From: Paramecium tetraurelia
Taxonomy: Eukaryota
Assembly (NCBI GenBank): GCA_000165425.1
Contig: CT868674.1
Location: 186,001-250,000, forward strand
DNA: 64,000 nucleotides
Reading direction: 5' to 3'
Position 1 is the stretch's first letter, and each line of letters begins with the position of its first letter. Below, one piece after another: positions 16,117 to 27,728 of the stretch. Under the pieces are notes generated by a model. The model ran no database searches and had not been told where the DNA came from. It saw only the letters and a list, made by a program, of their open reading frames with translations. The position numbers and the translations under genes are program-made.

Positions 16117-18462
16117 ATGCAGATTATTAATGCTTTTAAGACATATATATGGGAATATACAATGATAAATTCAACTAAGATTTCAGTATTGAAGCATAAA
16201 AAAAAAGAATTGCTTAAAACAAAGTGGCCTTACTTTATAAATTTATGTCGGCTCCAAATATTTTTGGCTTTAATACAGTTATTGATCAATTTCTTATTAA
16301 TTGGATCAATTAATAATTACGAAACTTTCCTTATTGATACAGGAATATCTCTAATAATAAATATTATTGATAGATGTTTTTTATGTAGACTTAACAACAG
16401 AAGGAAATTTAGAGTAATCATCCTATTAAATTTCTTTTAAGGTATATATATTGGAATTTCAGAGAAATTTATACATGATAACGAATTATTGTAATTCAAC
16501 CAACCCTTCTTAATACATTTTATGACTAAAATAATGTGGATGGTTGCTTTAATCAGTACACAACCCCTTTTTACTTGTAAGATAATAATCTTTCTATTTT
16601 ATTATTTCATCATTTGTTACTCTGTATAATTATGGAAGACTACACTATACGATCTCATTATCGTTATACTAATATTCATATTCTACACAGTTCAAGAGGA
16701 GGAGAAGTTCAGAAGGCTCATTTGCAATTAAATAATTCCTGAATAAATCATAAGTTAACTCCCATAGCCGATATTCTTAATTGACTTATCCACTCTTGAA
16801 TTTGTCATCTACAATGATATGTTTAAATAATATCTTAATTCCCAAAAATACGAATCTGATATCACTTCTACTAAGAAGATGTTATCGCAGTTTTAATCTT
16901 ATGGAAACTAATAAGTATTTAATATAATAGATGCTGAAAGACTGAATTTGTTTGAAACAATCTAGATAATCAAAATCTAAGGTCAAGTGATCACCTAAAA
17001 TCTGAATTATCAATTTATTCTAAATGATAAGGAAGTTTATGATGTGCGATTCCACAACAATATTATGTATAACGAAAAGAGATGTTTATTGGTTTGTCTA
17101 TCAGATATTTCAGCGATAATTGAAAAAACTAAACTCTCAGAAAGAACCATTCTGAAAAGTAAACTAATCAAATCCTTATCACATGAATTGAGAACTAGGA
17201 AGAACATTATTCAAGGTTTATTGAAACTATATTTGGATAAAAATAATGACGATTCAAATAAAGAACTGATTTGTCAAGCCTATAACAATTCAAAGATAGA
17301 ATCCAATATCATTAGTTCAATCATAAATTACAATTTATGTCTTGATAATTAAGTCATTATCAAATATCAATTTGTTAAAGTCAACGAAATCTTAGACAAA
17401 ATTATTGATAATTTTAAATATGAAATTAACTCCAAATAAATCAAGATCCTAGACAATTACCATCCAGAAGATAATCATTCTTTATTTACTGATCCAGATA
17501 TATTTGAATAGATAATTACTAATATTGTAAGCAACTCTATAAAACATTGTGATAAGCAGAATTAATCAATATTATCCATATCTATTTGTAAAGAGACCAA
17601 TCCTATTGCAAATTCAATTCCAATTCCAAATCCAAACAATCCTTATATACCCTACTTGTTAAAGATGTCAAACTGCTCTTCATTTTAAAGTTTACAAGAA
17701 TTACATATCCCTTAATTAGAGAGAACATTAAATATAAAAATAGTAGATAATGGATCTGGAATTAATACCTAAAAACTCAAATTGATAGAAGAAATTTTAA
17801 ATAATGATAATTATTACTAATTCACCACATCATCATCTGACGGGTTCTATTTAGGTTTAAGATCATGTAATCTACTTCTCTAAAAATTAAATTAAGAGAC
17901 AAAAGTAAATATTCACATTCGCTCAACAGAATATGAAGAAACGGAAGTGGTATTGAAGTTTCTAATTCATAATTAAACCAAAGAGTACGAATAATCTATA
18001 GAATCAGAGGATTGTATTCAGTAAATAAAGATTTAGAAGAAGCTCCAAAATAAATGTAATTGTTTAAGGCAGATTATGATTGTTGATGATGAACCCTTTA
18101 ACAATCTTGTATTGGAGCAAATTCTGAGGTCTCTTAATTTCAAGGTGATTAAAGCAGAGAATGGATTGGAAGCTTTGAGTTTATATAGGGAATAATATAA
18201 TCTTTGCGAAATGGAGGAGTGTAAATTGTTTTATGCTATTTTTATGGATTATCAAATGCCTATAATGAATGGGTTGGAGAGTACGAAAGCTATAATTGAG
18301 GAATGCATAAAATTAAAATAAATTTAAACCAATATTATTGGATGCACAGCATTTTCTGCAACTGACGACATCAATGAGCTATTGAATGCTGGAATGAAAA
18401 ATGTATGCATCAAGCCAATTAATAAAGATTCGATAAAACGAATATTATCTCATTTATAATGA
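16117..18462 (+). CDS. Membrane-bound hybrid histidine kinase (TM, PAS-like, HisKA, HATPase, receiver), 781 aa
   Basis: H box SHELRT, N box NIVSNSIKH, G1 DNGSGI, receiver IMIVDDEPFN...FMDYQMPIMNG...CTAF...IKP; hydrophobic N-terminus; single frame. Confidence 0.9.
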
Positions 18463-18474
18463 TCATAATAATGT

Positions 18475-20045
18475 ATGAATTAATTTATCAACAACAACAC
18501 TTTTTTATATAATTCTGATCATTCTTTCACCTTTACTCCTACTTAACTTCGAGAAGTTAGCACAGAAATTCTGCAGAAACCATCAAAAAATAGAAATCAA
18601 AATGATATTAAGGTATTCGTTCGATTTTCTAATTATTCCAATAGATTCTATAATTAGCCACTCAAAACATCAAATTTTTTCAAGAGATTCTGCAAGAGGA
18701 GAGCATAGCTGTGTTGCATAGATGTTTATAAAGAATTCAACTCGAAATTTATCCTGAAGTAATATTATTGATCCATTTTTTAGAGCACTATAGTTTTTGA
18801 GAAAGGCGATAAAGGCAAGGATTTCTACATCATTCTTTCTGGTAGTGTTGGAATATATATATATTCAAATAATATAGAATTGCATCAACAAAACAAATTG
18901 CCTATTCGTTAAGCGATTAAGGAATAAGTAAATCAGCTTATTGAATCAGGGATCCGCCCTAAAAAAGAACATCCACTTGAATTAAGGAAAATCTTATTAT
19001 ATGAAAAAATCAAAAAGTATTAGTTTTTTAGAAAATAGGTTGTTCAAAGTAAATGAGTTGCATGATGGAGATTCTTTTGGGGAAAGAGCACTAATAAATG
19101 AAGCGGCTCGTTTAGCCACAGTAGTTTGTGAGACTGAGTGCTTTTTTGGAGTGCTAAACAAATAAGATTACAGAGAAATATTATAATAAGCATAGAGTGA
19201 AAAGATTTTGCAGTAAATTACAGAATTGCAATCAGTTTAAGGATTCTAAGGCATGTCAAGGAAGTTATTGACCATTCTGCTCTATGCATTTTAAAGTCAA
19301 GAACATAGATATAGAGATATCATCTATAAATAAGGATCGATTAATAAAAATGAAATATATTTAATCTTGAGTGGAGAGTATATCATTACTCAAGATCAAA
19401 AAATAACAATGCATAATCCCCTGCGAATAAATCATTAAGGAGTCAAGCAAATAGCCATTTTGCAAAAAGGCTCAATATTTGGAGACAAAGAGTCCTTTTA
19501 AAAACTTGAATTTAGAACTTAAACTATCACGTGCAATAGCTAGTATGGCAAGGTTCTATGCATCCAATTAGATTGCCTATAGCAGAGATTACAAGTAGTT
19601 ATTTATCATTATGTCTAAGGCTAATAATGAGTTACATCTGATTAATGAATTGAAGTAACTATGCGAAATAAAAGAATAAACAAGGGAAAAGAGAATATCT
19701 TGTAAAATCTAATCACCTAGGCGATCTAAGAGCTTTATGGTTTCAACCTCGCCAAATCAAAAAATAGATTATATTGTTAAATCGAAGAAAGAGATATTTA
19801 AATAATTAAACAAAAATCTAAAATCGAGAATTCAATTCATTTTTGATATCGCTTTACCTAGAGCTAAGACTCCATCCAACTATTCTTAAGAAAGTCCATC
19901 ATAACCTATTAGAAAAAGATCTGCTATTGATAGAATCTACTTAAACACGAGAAATAACTCAAGAATACAAAAGAGGTAATCATTGCCACTCTAAATGTAA
20001 ACGTAATACCAAAATCCTGAATAAAAAAGATTCTCATTCATTTGA
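18475..20045 (+). CDS. Cyclic-nucleotide-binding domain protein (two cNMP domains)
   Basis: VFEKGDKGKDFYIILSGSV, GDSFGERALINEAARLATV, IIYKQG...IYLILSGEY...GSIFGD; several tiny introns. Confidence 0.85.
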
Positions 20046-20433
20046 TAACAAATTAAATTCTATATTATATTTAATCCGTTCATGTAATATAAATTCTAGC
20101 TTATTAGTACGAATTATACATTTTATTAATGATAACAATTAAAAATACATTCTTATTTATGCAATATTTTTATAATTTGTCTATTTATAGACTCACTTAA
20201 CTAAATTGTGATATCATATTCAAGTATTAAAAGATGAAATAAAAAATAGTTTATTGTGAATCATCAAATTCTTAAATAAATAAGTTCTTATACCTTAAAA
20301 TGCATTTGATTATATACATAAAATTAATATGTTGAATCAAAGAATAATAATTGGGTGTTTAGTGTTTGGATAGTAATCCAATATCATATTAAGTTCAATA
20401 AATATGTTTATATTTAATATTGATATTATAAGG

Positions 20434-20646
20434 TCATATATTGATAGGCTTGATTTTCTTCCAACTCAAATCTGCAAATCCTCCTTGATTGATGATATCA
20501 ATTTCCTCTTATGTCATCTTTCTTCTTTAATAATCCACAACCTTATGTACATATTTGGAGGCTTATGCAACATGTTGATGAGAAACTTAATTAGCTCTGC
20601 TGCCAATAAATTTTATTTTTGGAACATATTTCAAAGCTTAATTCAT
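20434..20646 (-). CDS. KGD4: KGD4/MRPS36 (Ymr31)-like 2-oxoglutarate dehydrogenase adaptor, 70 aa
   Basis: MNQALKYVPKIKFIGSR...YQRRKMTQEEIDIINQGG matches the PxIKF and RRxxxxEExxxIxxGG signatures of the family. Confidence 0.75.
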
Positions 20647-21171
20647 CTCCTATATTTTATAATAATATTAATAATAAATATTAGGGTAAAGATAAGTTAA
20701 TAATCATACAATTAGTTAAAACTTAGTACTTTTTATGACTATTGATCAATATTTTAAATTAATAGATTGTTTAATTTCTATTTTCCTTAAATCTCATTTT
20801 TATTTAAGCAAATATTATCAGTTATTAACATTTAAGAACATTCAAAGTCATCATCCTATTTATGTAATTATATCAAAAGGGATTCTACAATGTTCCATGG
20901 ATGACTGATTTAAATATTTAAGTTGAATCTCATATTTATCAAAATTATTGCTCATATTTATTTGGATAAAGGTATATTAATGGCATAATATGTTTGATGA
21001 ATCAAAGGACACTTACCTAGAAAATTTACAATTTATATCATATGAATATTAGATAACAAGTTAGTAACATAGTATTGGATGAGTATATATTTAGAAGCAG
21101 AGTTATTTTTTTAAGAAATGATAAAATAATGCTTTCTATAATTATTATAATGATTAAATTAATTATTATAA

Positions 21172-22401
21172 ATGTAAATCGATTTATTAGAGTAATAAAT
21201 AGTAAAGAAGAAAAGATCACGATCAAATAAGGACAATGGGGATTCCATACCTGCATTTCTATTGAAAACCTATGAAATAATAGATGTATTTAAATTTTTA
21301 AATAATTAGAATCCTTAAAATCACGATATAATCGGTTGGAATGAAGAAGGAACTGCCTTTATTGTTAAGAAAGTTAATGAATTCTCTGACATCATCTTGC
21401 CTAAATCATTTAAGCATAGTAACTTTGCTTCGTTCGTTCGATAATTGAACATGTATGATTTTCACAAAACCAGACATGATAATAACGAAAATGAATTCAA
21501 GCATAAATTGTTTTAAAGGGGTAAAAAGTAAGATTTTTGTATATTTTAGGCATTTGCTAAGTTAAATCAAAAGAAAGACAAATGATGTCAAAGAATAGAA
21601 TTCATTAAGTTTAATAAAAAATGAATAGGTAAGGACTGGACAAAGTGAAATTCCAGAGGTATGCAATATATATCATTATAAGATTTTGATGTAAATGGGA
21701 AAATTATCAAACAAATAATAGGAACTAGAAAAATTAATGAAAATTTTGATCAAGTAAAATGAAAAGATCATGAAGGAAAACAAATATTTATGGAGCGAAT
21801 TAACTAAAAATAAGTACTATATATATTAATATAGAGGCATAAAAATGAAAACTCAGAAGAATAAATAATGAAATGGGTATTGTAGTCATTACAAGGAACT
21901 AAATAGAATAATAAGCACAAGACTAATTTCTAAACAAATAATTTGTTAATGTTGAAGTAAACCAGCGAAAATGATGATGAAGTTTAACTTGAAGCATAAA
22001 ATTAAAGAAATTTTGAAACTGATAAATTTTAATTTGATTAATTGCCATCGCAAATTATCAGTTAAAATTTAGAATAATAGATTGAAAAACTATCAAAAAA
22101 TCAAATTATCCAAGTGCTTATGAGTGCTATAACAAACAATTAAAAATAAGAAAAAAAAAATACTATGAAATTTGAAGATGACATTAGCTTTGATGATGAG
22201 TATCCAGTTATGAAGAAAATAGATTTAAAACAAGATAATTAAGATAGAAGATAAGAAAATCAACTTATGGTTTATAGTGAACCCTATTTTTTCCATAAAT
22301 TAGAAGATAATTATATTATTTCAGAATCGCCTAATCCAAGTCGCAAAAATTCTTATTATGATCAAGATCCTATTCCTTAATTTTTAGAAAGTGAATTATG
22401 A
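21172..22401 (+). CDS. HSF: Heat shock transcription factor (HSF DNA-binding domain plus coiled coil)
   Basis: PAFLLKTYEII, IIGWNEEGTAFIV, LPKSFKHSNFASFVRQLNMYDFHK; several tiny introns. Confidence 0.92.
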
Positions 22402-23251
22402 TATTTAATCAAAAATAAACTTCTTTATTTATTATTAAAATTTATATCGAATGTTTACAATAAGGAACCTAGCCTGGATAAAAAAATGTGATATATTACT
22501 TTAATATGTAAATAAAAAACTATATCAAATTTTATTGTTAAAAATATAATTACATGAGGTGCTTTATAATCTCAAAGAATAAATTTTATTATGAATTTAT
22601 TTTTCGCTATTTTTATGTTTAACAATAATTTAAAAGATTTGTGTTTTTTGATTCTTTGATTGCTATATATTTTCACAATCTTAAATCCCTAATAAGGAAT
22701 TGAATAAACATTGTTAGGCGGATTGAAATTAATAAAAAGCTGGGTTTCTCAAGACAATATAATATAAAAGTTCATTTCATTAAATTTAATGTTTTCAATT
22801 AGTATATTGAGATGCATTCATAATTTTGAATTTGCTTATTTTAGAAATTAAAATTAAGATTTATAGGGATGAGATGATGAATTTAAAGAATTCAAAAGCC
22901 AATCACTTTTAAATTATTAATATAATGATTGAATCGTTAAAATAGAAATATAGACTAATATAAAAATATCCTTAAGAGTAAATGATATCCTTATGCAATT
23001 TAAAAATAAAAAATTTAATAAGGACAATAAAATTTCCTGAAAATTTAAAGCAACATTTACTTTAACTCGCTAAATCGTAAAATCATCTTTAACAAATGAG
23101 CAAATTAACTTAAGAACTCAAATTTGTTATTGATGACTCCTTTGAAATCTTTTCTTTTTATAAATATATTTAATATGATTTTATATAATGTTCTTTATAT
23201 ATATATATATAATATCCAACCCTCCCTCCCTATCTTTTGAGTTTATGCAAC

Positions 23252-24049
23252 TCAATGTTGTGCAAGAACTTCTTGTTCAAGCACCATTTAACCTTAAGAC
23301 TAAGCTTATGGTTTCATTTGGTTTAGCCACTAAATAGCAGATTCAACGTCCCCATTAAAAATGGATAAGAATTTGTATGCCTTCTTAGGATTAATATTCT
23401 TTCCATTTAAATGAGCGAACTTTTCCTTAAATCCACCTCTATGTTTTCTAAATTTTTGATACTCTTCTGGTGATTTCCTAGTTTTGTGTTTTTCAATTGA
23501 TTTTTTGATTGAATGACAATTATCTTTGTTTTTGATCCTTAAAAACTTATCAAGTATAGGTTCTAAGTTTCCTTCAAATTTCAATAATAACTTAGCTATT
23601 TTCTTTTCATTAGTGTATCCCAATTCCTTAAGTTTTTCAAATTATACTGTGAATCCTAATTCTTAGATCATTAATTCAACAGGTTTATCAAATTTCTTAA
23701 ACTTTTTCTTACTTAATATTTCAATTGATTTTTCCACATCTCCATTAGTTATTAGTAGAAATTTCAAATTTTTGTTAACATGATTGAATCCTTTCTCTAT
23801 TAGTTCCTAATTTTTATGAAGCCATCCCATATTTTCAATTGTTTTTAATGCTGTTTATCTCTTGTCTTCATTTTTATTTTAGTTCTCATTGTAAGCAAGG
23901 ATAACCTTATGAATATCACCATTATGTTTATTTAATTGATGATAGTTAAACCATGGGTTTGTTAACCCTTAGGCAGTCAGCTGATCATGCTTCTCTAAGT
24001 AGCCAGCCTTGATTAATTTATGAATGACCTTTTGTTCTTTAAAGTTCAT
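23252..24049 (-). CDS. Protein of about four tandem UBA-like domains, 265 aa
   Basis: Repeats GLTN..NKHNGDIHKVI, GFNHVNKNLKFLLITNGDVEKSIEIL, GYTNEKK..FEGNLEPILD, FLSIFNGDVESAIQWL; single frame. Confidence 0.75.
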
Positions 24050-24428
24050 GATAATAATAATAAAATTATTTTATTGCTTCTACTTTTTATAAAGGCAAGG
24101 TATATTAAATTCTGACAATTTTTCTGAATAATTCGGACCAAATTATCTGTCATAATTGTTATCATTTTAACGCTTAATTCATCAACATGTTATTATGTTA
24201 ATTTGTAATTAGCATAATACATCCTATAATAAGAATATTTATTTTTATATATATGCATAAATATTTGAGATATAAAGCCAATTTAAATAATAGGTCTATT
24301 TGAAGCCAAATATTGTATTTTTATACAATATTTTAATTTTAGACTTCAGATTTATGATCCTAATAGCAAATTCTCAATATTAATTTATCTTAATTAGTTA
24401 ATAATTAAATATTAATAATACGAAAAAA

Positions 24429-24490
24429 TCAGATTGTGAATTCCGATCAATGCCCATAGGCTCAATCAAGAGGTGTCAGTTTTTCATCAC
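24429..24490 (-). ncRNA. Box C/D snoRNA 1 (snR48-like; LSU Gm2791-equivalent)
   Basis: GTGATGA...CTGA. D' guide CTGACACCTCTTG is complementary to LSU CAAGAGGTGTCAG. Confidence 0.8.
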
Positions 24491-24518
24491 ATATATATAT
24501 ATAATAGTATAATTAATT

Positions 24519-24580
24519 TCAGACAGCCAAGGGTTGTAATTCATGTATAGTCATAGACTCTAGTTCTTATAAGTCATCAT
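24519..24580 (-). ncRNA. Box C/D snoRNA 2, double guide (LSU ACAGCCAAGGG and GACTCTAGTT, the latter Um2421-equivalent)
   Basis: ATGATGA...CTGA. Guides CCCTTGGCTGT (D) and AACTAGAGTC (D'). Confidence 0.85.
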
Positions 24581-24601
24581 ATATATAATATTTTTAATTT
24601 A

Positions 24602-24657
24602 TCAGATAGGAGCGAAAGATTGGAATCATGATAAATCATGGACTACAAAATCATCAC
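24602..24657 (-). ncRNA. Box C/D snoRNA 3 (snR60-like; LSU Gm908-equivalent)
   Basis: GTGATGA...CTGA. Guide TCTTTCGCTCCTAT pairs with LSU ATAGGGGCGAAAGA (one G-U). Confidence 0.8.
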
Positions 24658-24681
24658 TTTATAATATAATTGCATTTTAGA

Positions 24682-24743
24682 TCAGAGATCTTGGTGGTTA
24701 ATTTCATCATTCTATTTCTAGATTAACAAATATTTTGCATCAT
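24682..24743 (-). ncRNA. U24: Box C/D snoRNA 4, U24/snR24 homologue
   Basis: ATGATGC...ATGATGA...CTGA. Guides ACCACCAAGATCT and AATATTTG are complementary to LSU AGATCTTGGTGGT and CAAATATT. Confidence 0.85.
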
Positions 24744-24762
24744 TCTATATAATTTTATTTGA

Positions 24763-24820
24763 TCAGACGTAGCCGTATCATCAGAGTCTTTAAGACTGGG
24801 GCGGCAATAAAATTCCTCAT
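24763..24820 (-). ncRNA. Box C/D snoRNA 5 (snR67-like; LSU P-loop Gm2619-equivalent)
   Basis: ATGAGGA...CTGATGA...CTGA. Guide TGCCGCCCCAGT is complementary to LSU ACTGGGGCGGCA. Confidence 0.85.
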
Positions 24821-24839
24821 TATAACAATTTTATTTTTT

Positions 24840-24925
24840 TCAGGCAAATGCCTCAAATAATCATTTATGTGAGAATAATAGATGGATGTCTATTGAATCT
24901 CTCATACTCGTCATCGATTCATCAC
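24840..24925 (-). ncRNA. Box C/D snoRNA 6 (U15-like; LSU Am2281- and Gm2288-equivalents)
   Basis: GTGATGA...CTGA. Guides GAGGCATTTG (D) and GATGACGAG (D') are complementary to LSU CAAATGCCTCGTCATC. Confidence 0.85.
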
Positions 24926-24952
24926 ATATATATATATATATATTTATTATAA

Positions 24953-25009
24953 TCAGATAATGGATAAGTCGTCTTTAATTCAGAAGCAGAACTGTTATGA
25001 ATTCCTCAT
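24953..25009 (-). ncRNA. Box C/D snoRNA 7 (U38/snR61-like; LSU Am1133-equivalent)
   Basis: ATGAGGA...CTGA...CTGA. D' guide CAGTTCTGCTT is complementary to LSU AAGCAGAACTG. Confidence 0.85.
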
Positions 25010-25209
25010 ATATATTGATTTTATTGATAACTATTATAATTAATAAAAATAATCCCAAATTAAAATATGGGTTTGGAATAATGTTTTTTTTAAATTAAAA
25101 AATCCAATAAACTTACTAATAATTAGATGATATTGTATTTTAAAGTTGCATTCCATTAGTGCACAATAAAGTAAAAATAAATATGATTAATATTAAATAA
25201 AGCATATAA

Positions 25210-27272
25210 TCAAAAGTATAATTTCTATAATTATGCTATTATTTAAGAAATAGCATGCTATTCTGAGTCTTATTGCCTTTCATATACTATTTACTTGAAT
25301 ATATTTGCTTCACTTTCTTGAGTAAAAACCAATTCTAATTTTTCATCATCTATTAAATTCATAAAGAGTATTATTTATTTTTGATCTTATTAGGTAATTA
25401 GTTTCCATTCATCTAAATGAAAGTGCAAACTATTAGTAATAATTTCTAAATTGCATAATTTAATTAATCCATCATTAAATGATATTTCATTGTAATCACG
25501 AGGATTTTTTGTTTGACCGAAAGGATTCTTTAGCCAATTTTTTTAAAAACTTAAATCTAAAATTAGCAAGAATTTAATAATCTAATGAGTTACTGGAATC
25601 TTGTAAAGGATTTCTACATTTTTGGCTTGTAGAGATAATACAATCTAAGAAAAATATCTATAATAGTCAATAGTTTGAGATTGAATATGTTCTTCCATTT
25701 GCCTTAATAATTTTAATCTAATATATGAAATGAAAAAATTCTAATCTTAATCTTCAAGCAACTAATTAATGATATCAATTGATTTCAAGCAATTATTTAA
25801 GGTATTAATTGATTTTTATTGTTCATCCTACATAACGTTTAGTAAATTTATAATAAACATTTGTTTTTGGGATTTAGAAATTATAGATAAAGTTTCTGAT
25901 GTCAGTACCGTTTCTAATAGAGTTAAAACTGAATGATAATGTTCTTCATTAAGACTATTTTTATAAAAGAATATATTTACAAATGATTTGTATATTCATC
26001 TTAAAACAATAGATTTTCCTTAAATAAAATACTTGAATTTAGCTTTTATATGTATCCTAAGGTTTGCAATGCCTCATAAAGATCCTGTTTTGGAATCTCT
26101 TTGGCAAATAACTAATTATATGAAACATATGATATGGTTTAAGTGATGGATTATAAAAAACCATTTAATCGTTCTCCATCTTTACTCTCTTTTTAATTTG
26201 TTTTAAAAAACTTTGCGCATAAGTTTACTAATTCTGGGTCTTTGGTTGGCACATAGTTTAATTCCAATTAAATAGATTGATATTTAGGAATTTCCTGTGA
26301 AAATAATAGTATGAGGATGCTTATTAGTATTCTCTTGCTAAATTTAATCTCAGCATTGAAAAAGCTTGTTAAAATCAGACTACTCTATTGTTTAAGACTC
26401 TCATCTTTCTATTATGATGTTTATAGAAGAGGTAAAATGATGATATTAAAAAATAGATTATCTAAGATCTAAGGAATAAGCTATTATAATTACATCAACC
26501 AAATATGGTGCTATTTGATACAAATCTTTAAAAAAGTAATACATATTCTTTAATTCTTCATGAAAGTAATCTTGATCTTTGCTCCATTTATATAACAGTT
26601 CTTTCATAAATGCAATGTGATTTGTTAATACTTATAGAAATGGATAGCATTGAAGATATTGCAATAATTCATTCTCCATCTAACTGTTTTATACGATTTA
26701 AAGTATCGATAATAATATATGTCTTGTATACGTTCGAGTTAAATTATCCTTAGCATTAAAAAAGCTCTAAGAGTATAGCAGAAGTGGGAATTATGCATAT
26801 CTCTAAAGAAGTTATAATCAATTGTTACTTAATTAAAGAATAAATTGATGTTATCTCTTGTTACCTTATTTGATAGAATTTTAATAAAATTAATATAGTA
26901 ATCCTAAGTTTCATCATTGGTTAGATCATAGTTATAAATAATAAATTCGTTTAATTAAGGCAAAGAGAGAAGCACAACAATGTTTTTTCCAATGTTTGTT
27001 CTAATCAATTTAAATAATTTGTTACATCAGCATTGAAATTTGATGCAGGATAGTATTTACTATATTGGTATCCTTAGTTGATTTTAATATTCTCACAAAT
27101 TCTTCTATAATCTTAACTTCAATGAATTAACTAGATATTATTCATAAAATTACTCAAAGAGATCTGATTCTTTTTAATCTCCTAGAATGGCGAGTTCCGA
27201 GAGGGAAGAGACTGATTCTATTATGTTAACATTCTGCTTTAAATTATTAGAATGACGAGTAAATAAATCCAT
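25210..27272 (-). CDS. CLEC16A/TT9-like FPL-domain protein
   Basis: IIESVSSLSELAILGDQKESDLFEQFYE...YDLTNDETQDYYINFIKILSNK...NINLFFN..RYAQFPLL..SQSFFN matches the FPL domain pattern. Confidence 0.75.
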
Positions 27273-27728
27273 GATGTTATTAATAATAAAGCATATAAAA
27301 TAAATTACATAATAATTCAATATTGTATGTGAATACAAGGGAACATATAGGAACTGCAACCAAGTTTAGTAAGGCTATCCTTGCGAGGAGACTTAAAGGA
27401 AGAAACTTAATACGGCAACAAAGTCCTAATTAGAAGACATGCATTCATCATTATTTTTAAGAGTATAATTAATAGAATTAGATGAGTATATGAAGGTATT
27501 TAATTATAAATTTTTGTTGTCAGATTATTGACATAGGTTGATTGGTCAGAGAAGTGAAGTTTGTATTTGATATTGGAATCAGAGTTGAAAAATTATTAAA
27601 TGGATAAAGAAATTTAGAAAGAATTGTGTGGTTATTAATTTAAGGGGGAAGAAATAATAATTTATATAAATATTTTATCTCCAAAGATTTATTAATTAAT
27701 ATAAATTTCTAATTTCCTCAAATTTTCC

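Noticed and set aside
20818..20860. Minus-strand ATGATGA...CTGA pair resembling a C/D snoRNA
   Set aside because: Only ~37 nt long, with no recognisable guide.
24340..24385. Possible eighth snoRNA of the cluster
   Set aside because: Has CTGA but no convincing box C, and is too short.
24429..25009. Repeat-spacer look-alike (CRISPR-like array)
   Set aside because: The context is eukaryotic, the recurring motifs are only C/D boxes, and the variable parts are rRNA antisense elements.
27320..27570. Short plus-strand coding-like segment with an intron-like element
   Set aside because: The only in-frame ATG overlaps the start of the divergent FPL gene, so the model is unsupported.
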